A stretch of DNA of 64,000 nucleotides from Verrucomicrobiota bacterium (GTDB lineage Bacteria; Verrucomicrobiota; Verrucomicrobiia; Opitutales; Cerasicoccaceae): assembly GCA_039818205.1 (NCBI GenBank), contig JBCBUK010000014.1, positions 53,192-117,191 of the forward strand. The letters are read 5' to 3'. Below are positions 1-10,609 of this stretch, piece after piece (position 1 is the stretch's first letter; the number at the start of each line of letters is the position of its first letter). A program made the position numbers and the translations under genes. Below the pieces are notes generated by a model. That model saw only the letters and a list, made by a program, of their open reading frames with translations, was not told the DNA's origin and made no database searches.

Positions 1-427
1 CTATCACGCGACCGAGGACATCCTGCAGTCGACCGCTATTGTGGTCGCACAGAAAGCCACCGAATTCGACTTTACCAAGCCAGAGACGCCCTGGTTTATT
101 GGCATTGCTCGAAATTACATCAGCAAGTGGTATCGCACGCAAGGGCGGGCGAATCGCTATGTAAGTCTGGATATTCTAGAAGAATACATGCCGGACTACG
201 AATCTTTCGAGAGCGAGCCCATATCGGAACGCCGCTATGCGCTCAAAATTTGCATCGATCGCCTCCCCAACAAGCAAAAGGAGGTTGTTCGCTTGCGCTA
301 CCAGGACGGTATGGACTGCCAGAATATTGCTGAGCAGCTGGATCGTCCTATCCAAGGCATCTACTCACTACTAAAACGCATTAAAATCGAGCTACGTAAG
401 TGTGTCGAATTTCGACTCGGCACCTAG
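1..427 (+). CDS. ECF RNA polymerase sigma-70 factor (5'-truncated by window edge)
   Basis: Frame is open from position 2 (YHATEDILQSTAIVV...). Region 2-like WFIGIARN and region 4 HTH LPNKQKEVVRLRYQDGMDCQNIAEQL. Directly upstream of a FecR-like gene. Confidence 0.88.
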   Translation, partial: YHATEDILQSTAIVVAQKATEFDFTKPETPWFIGIARNYISKWYRTQGRANRYVSLDILEEYMPDYESFESEPISERRYALKICIDRLPNKQKEVVRLRYQDGMDCQNIAEQLDRPIQGIYSLLKRIKIELRKCVEFRLGT

Positions 428-439
428 AGGAATATCGCG

Positions 440-1756
440 ATGAAACCATCAGGAAACAAAGCTGAACAACTGGTCGACGCTTACTTTCTGGGGCAACTCA
501 GTGAAAGTGAAATCGCTGACCTGCAAGAGCTGCTGAAAACCGATTTTCGCGCGCGCAACTATTTTGCGTCCGCTGCCCGCGACGAATGGCTACTGCACCA
601 CCTGCACTCCGACCTAGACGCTCAACTCGTTGAAGACGAGGGCAGGAGCCGAATTATTTCCGCCCCGATGATGCTGTTCGTTCGCGCTGCGGCCATCATC
701 GTGGTTATGCTAACCGTCGCTAGCCTATTCATTTACCACGACGGCTCCCATCCCTCCGGGCGCTCACTAGGAGACCGTTCATTCGCGGCTCTTGTGACCG
801 ATAACGAGTCCAAAGCTGTCGCTACCGTGACCGACATCTTTACCCTGGTAAACGACAACATCACCGCGACAATCAACAATGAGTCGCGTAATCTCAATGC
901 TGGCATGCCACTTAGAAATGGCGATGAGATCGAGCTTCCTACCGGTGCCCGCCTGACCTTTCAATATGACGGCGAAGAAACCTACGTGAAGATGGGCAGC
1001 GGAACACGCTTCACCCTAGCGGAATCCAATGGCGCTAAATACATTCTCTTGGATACAGGCGAAATGTCTGCCGATGTCGCTCCCCAGCCCGTTGGCAAAC
1101 CAATGACGATTCGCACCAAGGACGCTGAGGCCGTGGTGCTCGGGACGGAGTTTGAGGTCAAGACCGGCGAGGTGACTCGCTTAGCCGTGCTCTCTGGCAA
1201 AGTCGGGTTTCAATCCCCGGACAAAGTGCAGAACATCGAAGTCGATGCCGGACAGTTCGCAACCTCCACCACTGACCAAGACTGGGTCGCTCGCCCATTC
1301 ATCGAAAAGGTGCTAACGCCAGTCTTTGACCGCACGCTCAACACCGAGCAACACGATCGCTACATCATTATCGATCCAAAGCGGAATTTCGAGGCCCTCC
1401 TTCGCTTTGATTTCGGCGATTTAGACGGCTCCTTGATGGAAGCGAAACTTCAGCTGCGAGTCGAAGCCTTTGGCCAAGACTATGGCGGCGCAGGAACGGT
1501 TCGTTTATACATGGACCCAACAAACGCAACCGACGGTGATCCTGCTCGCGACTCGTTGGTGGAGATCGCTTCCTACTCCGGACGTGTCGACGCGAAGATG
1601 AATCTTGAATTTGAGATCGATCCTTCGGACCTGAAAGAAGGAATTAACACTTTTATCGTCAAGCTGGACGAAAAGGGAAATGACTTTTGGTTCAGCTCAA
1701 GCCGAGGTCCAAATCCGCCCAAGTTCATTTTGAAGATCGTAAACACCAAGGCTTAA
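440..1756 (+). CDS. FecR-domain anti-sigma factor with C-terminal beta-sandwich (DNRLRE/CBM96-like) domain
   Basis: N-terminal anti-sigma helix region, one TM segment ([17 protein letters not shown]), FecR motif [12 protein letters not shown]...LAVLSGKV. C-terminal ALLRFDF...AKLQL...PPKFIL. Confidence 0.8.
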   Translation: MKPSGNKAEQLVDAYFLGQLSESEIADLQELLKTDFRARNYFASAARDEWLLHHLHSDLDAQLVEDEGRSRIISAPMMLFVRAAAIIVVMLTVASLFIYHDGSHPSGRSLGDRSFAALVTDNESKAVATVTDIFTLVNDNITATINNESRNLNAGMPLRNGDEIELPTGARLTFQYDGEETYVKMGSGTRFTLAESNGAKYILLDTGEMSADVAPQPVGKPMTIRTKDAEAVVLGTEFEVKTGEVTRLAVLSGKVGFQSPDKVQNIEVDAGQFATSTTDQDWVARPFIEKVLTPVFDRTLNTEQHDRYIIIDPKRNFEALLRFDFGDLDGSLMEAKLQLRVEAFGQDYGGAGTVRLYMDPTNATDGDPARDSLVEIASYSGRVDAKMNLEFEIDPSDLKEGINTFIVKLDEKGNDFWFSSSRGPNPPKFILKIVNTKA

Positions 1757-1773
1757 CCCCTCAAAAACCATAT

Positions 1774-4700
1774 ATGCGACCCTGTACTAAAACTCGCCAT
1801 TTTCTGGCAGTTGGTGCGATAATATCCGCGTTGTTACAATCAGCAGTTGCTCAGCAGGCCGTGACCTCGCTGACGCTCATGAACGCCGATACCGACCAAC
1901 CAATTGCTGGACACGATCCGTTTACCAGCGGAGCCACGCTTGACCTGAATACCCTTCCGACGAGGAATCTAAACATTCGGGCCAACACCAACCCAGATCC
2001 GGTTGGAAGTGTCCGTTTTGCCTATGATGGAAATGCAAATTTCCGCACCGAAAGTACCGCACCCTATGCTTTCGCCGGTGACGGTTCCGGTGACTACTTT
2101 GATTGGACACCAACAGTTGGCAGCCACAGTGTAATCGCAACTCCCTTTACCGCAGCAAGCGGTGGCGGAACCGCCGGGACAGCGCTAACAGTCAACTTTA
2201 CTGTCACCGATTCCGGCAGCGGAGGCGGGGGTGGTGTAACCCCAACCGAAGACACCGTTGACTGCGGCCAACTGCCACTTTCAATTGCGCCACAGGCTTC
2301 CTACACGGTCAACGTCCCTTATACCGCAACGGAATCACGCGATGTCGTCGTCGAGTTTTGGGATGCGGGTTGGCTTGGCCAATCCACCCAGACTGTTGAT
2401 CCTGGCACGGGCACTGCGAGCATCTCGATCACCCTAAATGGTGGGGCACCGACTGCAGGCTCCAACTATCTATGGAAGGCTAGCATTCGCCCCGTTGGCG
2501 CGAATTGGATGGAGAACATCGACGCCTGTAACTCAACGGCAGTAACCGTCACCTCGGCTGGCGGTGGCGGCGGAGGCGGTGGCGGAAGCACCGGCGCCTG
2601 GCTCGAACAGAACGGCATCGTTGTTATCGAGCCTGAAAATGGTGACTTGCTTTCCGACTGGGTCGCTCGCCCGACCACACATCCCGGTGACCCATCGATG
2701 GCCGGTAGCCTTGGCAACGGTTGGCTCGAATGGACGGGTGCACAATCCTTTGGCAATACTCTAAGTGAGTCTCAGGTAAACGGTATCCTCACCTACAATT
2801 TCGTCATCGAAACCGAGGGCGTCTACTACTTCCGTTGGCGCTCCAAACAATACAATGTCGGCACCTTTGACTCCGGCAACGACAACTTCGTCAACTTCGC
2901 TACCGGAACTCCAGTTAGTGGTTTCCAAGACTTCGGACAGTTCCACAAGGTCTGGGTTCAAAGCAAGCAAGACTGGTCCTGGAGGACTACCTTTGAGCCT
3001 CACCATGGTGATCACTACGCGGATAACCTAATCCGCCGCTATTATACCCCTGGTGTTCACACGATCCGAATCGCTGCCCGCTCACCTGGCCACTCGATCG
3101 ATCGAATCGTCCTTTTCCACGAAAGTGTCGATTTCAACCAATCCGCATTTGAAAGCGCCGCTGAATCGCCGCGCGATGGCAGCGGTGGCGGAGGCGGCAG
3201 CGACCTCGTCTTCGATGCCCGAGAAGATTTTCCGAGCCTGGACTCGGGTGAAGTCCCCTACTACGTCGACAATACCTACAATGCGCTCGCGATCAATGCG
3301 GGCAACGTCAACTACCGCGACAAGTTCGCGCGTGCTGAGTTAACCTTCGATGGCGACTCAGACGAATACGATGTCACCATCACCACAGTCGTCGAATACG
3401 ACGGTGAGTCGATCTATCGCCTCTTGATCAACGGCACTCAAGTTGCCACCTACACGAACCCACGCGTGGACGAAGCTGGCGACCTGCAACCAAACACCCA
3501 CACTTGGTCAGGTATCACGATCAACAATGGCGACACCATCGCGATCGAATCGAACACCGCTTCCAACGGTTTGATACCGGAAGATGATGCGTTCGCCTGG
3601 GCGCGCGGTCGTTGGCGTCAACTTGAACTGACGCCAACCGTCGGACCTCCTCCACCATCGTCTGCACAAAGCACCACCTCTGCTGGTATCTACGGCGAAG
3701 ATGATGGCAATGGAAACTATAAGAAGTGGCACCGCGTTACCGTCGCATTCGAAGGGCCATCCACTTCGGAAACCGCGAATCCAAATCCATTCACGGACTA
3801 TCGCCTGAACGTTACGTTCACCCATCCGGGCACTGGCAAGTCCTACTTGGTTCCCGGCTACTATGCCGCTGATGGAAACGCTGGTGAAACCAGTGCCACG
3901 AGCGGAAACATCTGGCGCGTCCACTTCTCGCCCGACGAAACTGGCACCTGGAACTACACCGCCTCCTTCCGCACGGGAACCAACGTCGCCGTCAATGGCA
4001 GCCCTACCGCGGGCACAGCCACATCATTCGATGGCGCGAATGGATCGTTCGACGTGGTTGCTTCCGACAAGGCCGGGCGCGACTTCCGTGGGAAAGGCCG
4101 ACTCCAATACGACGGCACCCGCTACCTTAAGTTTGCCGAAAACGGTGAACCGTTTTTGAAGACTGGCGCGGATGCTCCAGAGAACTTCCTGAACTGCACT
4201 GACTTCGACGGCACCTATAACCACGGTGGTACCAGTTACCTGAAGGATTGGGGAGCACACGCCCAAGACTGGAATCAAGGCGACCCAACCTGGAAAGGCG
4301 GCATCGGAAAGGGAATCATTGGAGCGGTGAACTATCTCGCGTCCGAAGGACAGAACGTATTCTCCTTCCTCACCTACAATGCAGGTGGCGACAGTAAAGA
4401 CGTGTGGATGTATACGGCCCACGACAACCCGCTTCGCTTCGATTGCTCGAAACTCGACCAGTGGGAGATCGTTTTCACTCATGCGGACGTCACGGGTATG
4501 TATCTGCACTTCAAGACCCAAGAGACTGAGAACGATGACCTCAATGGTCCCGGCGGCGCCTTCGCGCTCGACGATGGAAATCTGGGCAATGAGCGCAAGC
4601 TCTACTACCGCGAATTGATGGCGCGCTTTGGCCACCACTTAGCACTGAACTGGAACCTCGGTGAAGAGAATACCCAGACAACCGCTCAGGAGCAAGATAT

Positions 4701-6474
4701 GGCATTGTATTTCCATGACAATGATCCGTATAGCCACCACATCGTTCTCCACACCTATCCGAACCAACAAGATCTACGGTATGTCCCTCTGCTCGGCAAC
4801 AATTCGGAATTAACCGGTGTGTCATTGCAGACGAACTATAGCAACGTTCACGCCCACACACTCAAGTGGCTCTCCCAGTCTGCGAACGCGGGTAAACAAT
4901 GGGTTGTTGCCAACGATGAACAAGGCCCAGCAAACTTAGCCAATCCGCCTGACACCGGCTTCGCTGGCTACGGTGGCAACACGACCCCCAGCCAAAAGCA
5001 AATGCGTTGGATGGTTGTCTGGGGTAATCTCATGGCCGGAGGTGCTGGCGTCGAACTCTATGCCGGATATCAAAATCCGCACAGTGACTTGACCCTAACT
5101 GATTTCCGCAGCCGTGATCGCATGTGGGACTATTGCCGCCACGCTCTCAACTTCTTCGAGGACAACCTTCCCTACACGGAGATGGAAAGCGCCAACGCGC
5201 TGATCGGCAACAATAGCAATAATAACGACAAGTATTGCTTTGCAAAAGACGGCGAAGTGTACGCGGTCTACCTGCCCAACGGTGGAACCACCAACCTCGA
5301 CCTATCGGGTGCTACGGGAACGTTTGACGTTCGTTGGTTCAACCCACGCGATGGTGGTGCCTTGCAAACCGGCTCCGTTGCTCAGGTAACGGGCGGCTCG
5401 AGTGTCTCACTCGGGAATGCCCCATCCGACGCCAACGAAGACTGGGCCATCCTGGTCAAGAAGCTCACCGTAGTTAACAGTCTGCCTTTTAGTGACGATT
5501 TCGAGGGCCACCAAAATGGCGACGGCGTCTTCCAACAAGACGGCTGGAGCGTTGGTGGTAGCGGAAGCGCAGTTGCGCAAAACACCACCGCTTACGAAGG
5601 CGACTTAGCCATGGAGCTGAGCGATCAGGTTACTGCAACGCAGAACCTGGCGAGCGCGGCGGACGTGATTTGGTGCGACCTGCAGGTGCGTTTCGCTTCA
5701 ACGGAGACCGGCACCGAACCAAATCTCCCAAACGATGCGAGTGCTGCGGTCTTCCTCGATGAAGCCGGCCTACTCAATGTCGCCGACGGTTCCAGCTGGA
5801 CAGTTCCAGCTGGGCTCCAAGCCGTAGCGCCGACCGAATGGCAACGCGTCACGGTTCGCTTAGACTACGGCGCGCAAACCTATTCGGTGTGGCTAAATGA
5901 TGTCCGCATCGCCCAGGATCTTGCCTTCGCCAACAGTGTGTCTTCGTTCGGTGGCATTGAGTTTATCCACAACTCAGCGAACTCAACCTTTGTCGACAAC
6001 ATCCTTGCCGAGCTCACGGAGCCGCCGTTGCTCGACAACGATGGCGACCAGCTCACCAACTCCTGGGAGCGGGCGCACGGCTTGGACGAAGAAGACAACG
6101 GCAGCACCGACCCGAATCAGGGCTTTGCCGGCAATGCCGATGGAGACTTGTTCAACAACTTCCTTGAGCTCGCCTTTGACTTAAACCCATCGATCAATGA
6201 CTCGGAGAAGGGCCCCTACCCGCACATGTCGACCGAGAACTCCACCGAATATATTGGCATCGTTTATCGCGAAAGCACGGGTGCCGGTCAGTTCGATTTC
6301 GTTCCGGAGTGCACCTACGATTTGGGTATCGCAAGCTGGAGTCCCATAACCACCGAGCGCATCGTTTTGGACCCTGATCCAGATGGTGATGGCTCCTGCC
6401 AGTTGGTAGAAGTTCGCACCCCGATCGACGCCAATCGCAAATTCATCCGCATGCTTGTTCAACTCAGCCAATAG
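1774..6474 (+). CDS. Large secreted multidomain carbohydrate-active protein (DUF5060, TIM-barrel GH-like domain, putative collagen-binding domain, several beta-sandwich modules)
   Basis: ATG at 1774 gives a signal peptide ending [17 protein letters not shown]...[12 protein letters not shown]...PGYYAADG...[15 protein letters not shown] is DUF5060-like. WNLGEEN and ANDEQGP are candidate catalytic Glu motifs. [10 protein letters not shown] module, Gly-rich linkers, DxDGD repeats near the C-terminus. Confidence 0.75.
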   Translation: MRPCTKTRHFLAVGAIISALLQSAVAQQAVTSLTLMNADTDQPIAGHDPFTSGATLDLNTLPTRNLNIRANTNPDPVGSVRFAYDGNANFRTESTAPYAFAGDGSGDYFDWTPTVGSHSVIATPFTAASGGGTAGTALTVNFTVTDSGSGGGGGVTPTEDTVDCGQLPLSIAPQASYTVNVPYTATESRDVVVEFWDAGWLGQSTQTVDPGTGTASISITLNGGAPTAGSNYLWKASIRPVGANWMENIDACNSTAVTVTSAGGGGGGGGGSTGAWLEQNGIVVIEPENGDLLSDWVARPTTHPGDPSMAGSLGNGWLEWTGAQSFGNTLSESQVNGILTYNFVIETEGVYYFRWRSKQYNVGTFDSGNDNFVNFATGTPVSGFQDFGQFHKVWVQSKQDWSWRTTFEPHHGDHYADNLIRRYYTPGVHTIRIAARSPGHSIDRIVLFHESVDFNQSAFESAAESPRDGSGGGGGSDLVFDAREDFPSLDSGEVPYYVDNTYNALAINAGNVNYRDKFARAELTFDGDSDEYDVTITTVVEYDGESIYRLLINGTQVATYTNPRVDEAGDLQPNTHTWSGITINNGDTIAIESNTASNGLIPEDDAFAWARGRWRQLELTPTVGPPPPSSAQSTTSAGIYGEDDGNGNYKKWHRVTVAFEGPSTSETANPNPFTDYRLNVTFTHPGTGKSYLVPGYYAADGNAGETSATSGNIWRVHFSPDETGTWNYTASFRTGTNVAVNGSPTAGTATSFDGANGSFDVVASDKAGRDFRGKGRLQYDGTRYLKFAENGEPFLKTGADAPENFLNCTDFDGTYNHGGTSYLKDWGAHAQDWNQGDPTWKGGIGKGIIGAVNYLASEGQNVFSFLTYNAGGDSKDVWMYTAHDNPLRFDCSKLDQWEIVFTHADVTGMYLHFKTQETENDDLNGPGGAFALDDGNLGNERKLYYRELMARFGHHLALNWNLGEENTQTTAQEQDMALYFHDNDPYSHHIVLHTYPNQQDLRYVPLLGNNSELTGVSLQTNYSNVHAHTLKWLSQSANAGKQWVVANDEQGPANLANPPDTGFAGYGGNTTPSQKQMRWMVVWGNLMAGGAGVELYAGYQNPHSDLTLTDFRSRDRMWDYCRHALNFFEDNLPYTEMESANALIGNNSNNNDKYCFAKDGEVYAVYLPNGGTTNLDLSGATGTFDVRWFNPRDGGALQTGSVAQVTGGSSVSLGNAPSDANEDWAILVKKLTVVNSLPFSDDFEGHQNGDGVFQQDGWSVGGSGSAVAQNTTAYEGDLAMELSDQVTATQNLASAADVIWCDLQVRFASTETGTEPNLPNDASAAVFLDEAGLLNVADGSSWTVPAGLQAVAPTEWQRVTVRLDYGAQTYSVWLNDVRIAQDLAFANSVSSFGGIEFIHNSANSTFVDNILAELTEPPLLDNDGDQLTNSWERAHGLDEEDNGSTDPNQGFAGNADGDLFNNFLELAFDLNPSINDSEKGPYPHMSTENSTEYIGIVYRESTGAGQFDFVPECTYDLGIASWSPITTERIVLDPDPDGDGSCQLVEVRTPIDANRKFIRMLVQLSQ

Positions 6475-6494
6475 CGGCACATCCCATAATTCCC

Positions 6495-7283
6495 ATGCAC
6501 AAGAAGCTTATCACCATCGGCCTTTCAATCGGCCTTGCAACGGCGGCCCATGCGGCCGTCATCATCGACGAAGATTTTGAGAGCTACACGAACGGTGACG
6601 GTCTGCAAACAATCACCGATTGGTCCGTGGCAACTTCGCCAGCTGCCGGGCTCTATACAATTGCTGGCGGCGCCATAAGCCTCGACACCGGCACTGCCCA
6701 AAGAAACTACCATGCCGTAAACTCCAACGGCTTCGCGATGAGCAGCGGCGATGTCGCAATCTTATCGGTTGAGTTCCGGTATACCCACACCAGTGGCGGC
6801 GATATAACCACCAACTTCAATAAGGAGGCTTTTGGGCTCTTGGTTAGCTCAACCCCAAACACCACCGGAGGCACCGTGGCCAAGTTCACCATGACCAACC
6901 GCGGCGGCGCCATTGGAACTCGTCTCCCGATCTCCCCGTGGATTGAAGGTTGGGTCCCCCACACTTCGGTCGGCGTTGATACCACTGCCGGAGGAACCAG
7001 TGACTGGGTCCGGCTGGTGTTGACCTTGACGGACAACGGGACGGACATTCAAGCCCAAGGGGCGGTTTATAACGTCGGCAACAACCAGCTGATTTATACC
7101 GGCACTGCCTACTCTACCGGCATCTCCAGTGGCTCAACCATCTATGCAGGGCTCACCACTGGCTACAATGACGTGGGTGACGTTAGCATCGAGAGCTTCA
7201 GTAAATTCAGCGAAGTCGAATTCGACAATCTCCAGTTCGAGTCAATCGACAATGCCGAAGTATCACTGCTGATTTTCAAGTAA
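6495..7283 (+). CDS. Secreted hypothetical beta-rich protein
   Basis: Signal peptide ending AHA-AV, Thr/Gly/Ser-rich beta-strand pattern, 20 bp after the preceding gene, followed by a terminator. Confidence 0.7.
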   Translation: MHKKLITIGLSIGLATAAHAAVIIDEDFESYTNGDGLQTITDWSVATSPAAGLYTIAGGAISLDTGTAQRNYHAVNSNGFAMSSGDVAILSVEFRYTHTSGGDITTNFNKEAFGLLVSSTPNTTGGTVAKFTMTNRGGAIGTRLPISPWIEGWVPHTSVGVDTTAGGTSDWVRLVLTLTDNGTDIQAQGAVYNVGNNQLIYTGTAYSTGISSGSTIYAGLTTGYNDVGDVSIESFSKFSEVEFDNLQFESIDNAEVSLLIFK

Positions 7284-7293
7284 TCAAGTTGCC

Positions 7294-7332
7294 AAACGCC
7301 CGTCCGGCAGCAATGTTGGACGGGCGTTTTTT
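7294..7332 (+). terminator. Rho-independent terminator
   Basis: AAACGCCCGTCCGGCA-GCAA-TGTTGGACGGGCGTTT hairpin followed by a T-run. Confidence 0.85.
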
Positions 7333-7361
7333 ATTGGCCCTAGTCGATATCAAATTTTGAA

Positions 7362-7892
7362 ATGAAAGCTATCACACCGATTCTTATCGTCGTCTTTTCC
7401 GCGATCACTGGCGTTGTTGGATTCTTCCTTGGTCAAAAAGTAGCCACCGACAAGTTCAATAGCCAAGCGGACTCACCGCCCGACACCGTACTAGCGGCCG
7501 AAGCTTCAGTTGTTGCCGAAGCACAGGCGTCCCCTGAGCCGACAGCCATCGAGGAGCCTGTAGCGATCGAACCGACGCCAATCGCAGTGGCCCCTTCCGC
7601 AGATCCCGGCAGTAAGTTTACCGAGCGGGCCATGCAAAAGACCTTTACCCTGACCAATAAGCAGGGGGTTTCGATTCGGGCTGCAATTCTCTCCATTTCA
7701 AATGATACCGTGAAACTACGCCGCGAAGACGGCCTGGAAACATCCATCAAAATCGATATCCTCAAGGACGAAGATCAGGAATTTTGCCATTACCTACGGG
7801 ACAATATGCTCGTTCCCCAACCTCCGATAACGGCCGACGGCCGTCCTCCCAAAGCGGATGGAATCGATTGGGGAAAAATCTTTCAAAACTAG
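7362..7892 (+). CDS. Membrane-anchored protein with Pro/Ala/Glu linker and SHD1-like domain
   Basis: N-terminal TM helix and PEPTAIEEPVAIEPTP linker. TLTNKQGVSIRAAILSISNDTVKLRREDG...ILKDEDQEF matches the SHD1 pattern common in PVC bacteria. Confidence 0.6.
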   Translation: MKAITPILIVVFSAITGVVGFFLGQKVATDKFNSQADSPPDTVLAAEASVVAEAQASPEPTAIEEPVAIEPTPIAVAPSADPGSKFTERAMQKTFTLTNKQGVSIRAAILSISNDTVKLRREDGLETSIKIDILKDEDQEFCHYLRDNMLVPQPPITADGRPPKADGIDWGKIFQN

Positions 7893-7916
7893 TCTTCGTA
7901 ACCCTTCCCCGGACTC

Positions 7917-9884
7917 ATGGTTAAATTTTCACTTGGTAATCTCAAAGGCTCACCGAGCTTTACACGTGCAGCGTTACTGGGCAGCTTCTTCGCAACCCTT
8001 GGCAGTGTTAGCGCGCAAACGTATATTGATGTCTATCCAGAAGTTACCCGGCAGATTGGCGGCGTTAGTGAGTTGAATCGTTCGGCCTACTTTGGGCTTT
8101 CGCACGATGGGGAATATTTCGATGCCCGGGTTCCCACCGAGGAGATGTATGACTATCTGATTGGAGATTTAAACATCCGCTTCGGGCGCAGCCTTGGACC
8201 AATTCGCCGAGTCGCACCTCTTAGTGCCAGCAATGAAGATCCGAAGCGCCCTGGTTTTGCCGATCCACGATACGTAAAGCAGAGAGCCGAAGGGCGACTC
8301 CGGGAAAACAGTCGGCAGATGATTCGCGACTTTGGTGACAATCTAGATGTCGCAGGACATGGTCGCGATCGGGAGTTCCCCAGATTCATGGGATCATTTA
8401 CTTCGGAGCATTCGAGTGAAGGCGGCAAACATCACCACCTTCCCCAGAATATCGAAGCGGCCTCGGAGTATGCGCTGCTCGCCATGAAGTATGGCTACGA
8501 TGACTTTACCCGGCCGCGCTATTACGAACCGATCAATGAACCTCACTGGTCTCTGTGGGGTGAGCACCTTGCCGACTGGCATCTGATGGTTCATGAGCTG
8601 TTCGAAGAAGAGCTACCCGACGTCTTAGTGGGCGGCCCATGCAGCTCCGTCGGCTACATGTATCAAAACAATTACCGTACATGGAATGGCTTCCGTGAGT
8701 TCATTGATTTGACCGAGGGCAAACTCGATTTCTATTCCTTCCACGTTTATGACTTCCTGCGCTTCGAGAATGATGACTACATCGGAAACATCCAAAGTGG
8801 TCTGCCGCTGGAGGGAGTCATTGATCTGGTCAACAACTACACGGTCAATCAGTACGGCAAAGAAACCGCAATTGTTCTCAGCGAACACGGCGGCTATGTT
8901 ACCGGCAAAAGCGGTAAGAGCGAACAAGACATTCAGAACGAAATCGCCGACAAGTATTTCGATCGTAATGGCGATGACTTTGAAACGGTCTTAAAAAAGC
9001 GCTCGATCACCAACGGCAACATGGTCCGCAGTGCCATTGGCAACACGCTCGTATTCATGGACAACCCACACACAGTGATCAAGGCCGTGCCGTTCATCCT
9101 GCTCGAATCCTTCGCCTGGGACCCCTACTACTACGCGACCGCCTATGTCATGCAGGATTTCCGAGACCGCTCCAACTGGGTCCCCACCGAAAACTTGATG
9201 TTCTATCAGCTGTTCAAAGACCTGAAGGGCCGCCGCGTATTCGCCGCCAGCGACAATCCAGCGATCCAGGTCCGTGCCTTCGCCGAGCGAGACGAGCTCT
9301 ACCTCGTCCTCAACAACCTTGGCGCAACACCCGATCAGCTTAGCATCCGTCTTCCAGAAGCCTCTACATACGAGCTGCAACGCTTCGGACGGAATCGCGA
9401 TTTCACTCCCTACCTGGTTGACGAGAGAATCGACAATGCCCAATCGATCACACTCGCGGGCTACGAAACCGTTGTGCTCATGGCAACCTACCCCGGACCT
9501 ATCCGCGAACGCATGGTCATTAATGAGGTCCCTTACTACGCGGATGAAACCGTAGTCGCGATTGCCGAAGGCGAGACTGAAACATTTTCAATCGAACTAC
9601 CCGATCCCTACGACGCGCTCTACGCCACACTGCGCATCGGCTTTCGCAAAGACCCAAGTGCCTCGCGCGAAATCGACGCCACCTTCAATGGCAAAACAAT
9701 CTCCTTGCCCATCGAAACGAACGTCGAGCGCTATGATCGTGGGTCCGACTTTGCCACCACCCGCATGGCACATATCGATGCCGACCTGCTGAAAGAGAAC
9801 AACAAAGTCAGAATCTCATTCCCCGACGATGAATCAGGAACGATTGGGTCGGTTGTTCTTCGCGTTGTCCGCAAAGTTTACTAG
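7917..9884 (+). CDS. GH86-like beta-porphyranase/beta-agarase
   Basis: Signal peptide ending VSA-QT. RQIGGVSELNRSAYFGL, clan GH-A acid/base motif YEPINEP, DFYSFHVYD, nucleophile motif LSEHG, C-terminal beta-sandwich domains. Confidence 0.78.
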   Translation: MVKFSLGNLKGSPSFTRAALLGSFFATLGSVSAQTYIDVYPEVTRQIGGVSELNRSAYFGLSHDGEYFDARVPTEEMYDYLIGDLNIRFGRSLGPIRRVAPLSASNEDPKRPGFADPRYVKQRAEGRLRENSRQMIRDFGDNLDVAGHGRDREFPRFMGSFTSEHSSEGGKHHHLPQNIEAASEYALLAMKYGYDDFTRPRYYEPINEPHWSLWGEHLADWHLMVHELFEEELPDVLVGGPCSSVGYMYQNNYRTWNGFREFIDLTEGKLDFYSFHVYDFLRFENDDYIGNIQSGLPLEGVIDLVNNYTVNQYGKETAIVLSEHGGYVTGKSGKSEQDIQNEIADKYFDRNGDDFETVLKKRSITNGNMVRSAIGNTLVFMDNPHTVIKAVPFILLESFAWDPYYYATAYVMQDFRDRSNWVPTENLMFYQLFKDLKGRRVFAASDNPAIQVRAFAERDELYLVLNNLGATPDQLSIRLPEASTYELQRFGRNRDFTPYLVDERIDNAQSITLAGYETVVLMATYPGPIRERMVINEVPYYADETVVAIAEGETETFSIELPDPYDALYATLRIGFRKDPSASREIDATFNGKTISLPIETNVERYDRGSDFATTRMAHIDADLLKENNKVRISFPDDESGTIGSVVLRVVRKVY

Positions 9885-9942
9885 TCTCTTTTAGTTCCAA
9901 AGCATCTCCCGCTTCAACCATCCAACCCATACGCCCTCTACC

Positions 9943-10596
9943 ATGTTAAAACTCATTTTATCTTACAGCTTGCTTATCGCTTTCGCAGCAACCGCGCAAG
10001 CAGCGCCACTCTTCGAAGCTAAAGACGGTTTACTAATTATCGAATCCGAATCGACCCGTTCGAAACTCGGAGAGTGGCAGGAAAAATCTGCCCTCGAGGG
10101 ATTCGCCGGCGAAGGCTACCTTGAGTTTACCGGGAACCGACCCGAAAATGGACCGCCAAAATCTCCGCTCAAATACCGCTTCCAAGTCGATAAAGACGGC
10201 AAGTATAAGTTGTGGATTCGGGCACACCAACGTCTTGTTGCCGACAATGGTGAAAAGGCTCGCTGGGACCACTGCAACGACTGCTATGTCCGACTCGATG
10301 GAAACTATAAGTCCGGCAATGACGTCCCTGTTGAGCAACTGGAAACCGACACCAAGCTCTACGTTAATGGCAAGGATACTTGGAACAGCACCAAGCAGTT
10401 AGACTTCCATCATCCAGAAACGCACAAGGCGGTTAAGCGGCAGCCAGTTTATGAGTTGAAGGCCGGACGAAAATACACACTCTACATATCTGGGCGCTCT
10501 CAACGATTCAACATGGATCGCATAATCCTGCATCACGAAAGCATACCCCAATCCAAAACTACCAACCCGGAACTTCCTGAAAGCAACCGGCGCTAA
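9943..10596 (+). CDS. Secreted single beta-sandwich (CBM-like) protein
   Basis: Signal peptide ending AQA-AP. FEAKDGLLIIESE...GYLEFTG...GRSQRFNMDRIIL aligns with a module of the 1774 protein. Confidence 0.65.
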   Translation: MLKLILSYSLLIAFAATAQAAPLFEAKDGLLIIESESTRSKLGEWQEKSALEGFAGEGYLEFTGNRPENGPPKSPLKYRFQVDKDGKYKLWIRAHQRLVADNGEKARWDHCNDCYVRLDGNYKSGNDVPVEQLETDTKLYVNGKDTWNSTKQLDFHHPETHKAVKRQPVYELKAGRKYTLYISGRSQRFNMDRIILHHESIPQSKTTNPELPESNRR

Positions 10597-10609
10597 GAAT
10601 CCAAAAAAC

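Noticed and set aside
1687..1773. Long N-terminal extensions in the ORF track (also at 13299, 21398, 32881, 45934, 53586)
   Set aside because: They overlap upstream genes or regulatory DNA. Downstream ATGs restore signal peptides or family-typical N-termini.
2560..2590. GGC/GGT-rich tracts as microsatellites or contingency repeats
   Set aside because: Mixed codons encoding Gly linkers, not pure repeats.
5290..5320. LSGAT in the giant protein as an ApbE flavinylation site
   Set aside because: Sits in an ordinary beta-strand module ([10 protein letters not shown]) of a non-redox protein. Such short matches are common.
7959..7972. Operator-like TTTACACGTGCAGC (also GTTATACGTGTTCA at 26427)
   Set aside because: Both are inside coding sequence with a poor right half-site. 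Cannot be distinguished from chance, although both are near gene starts.
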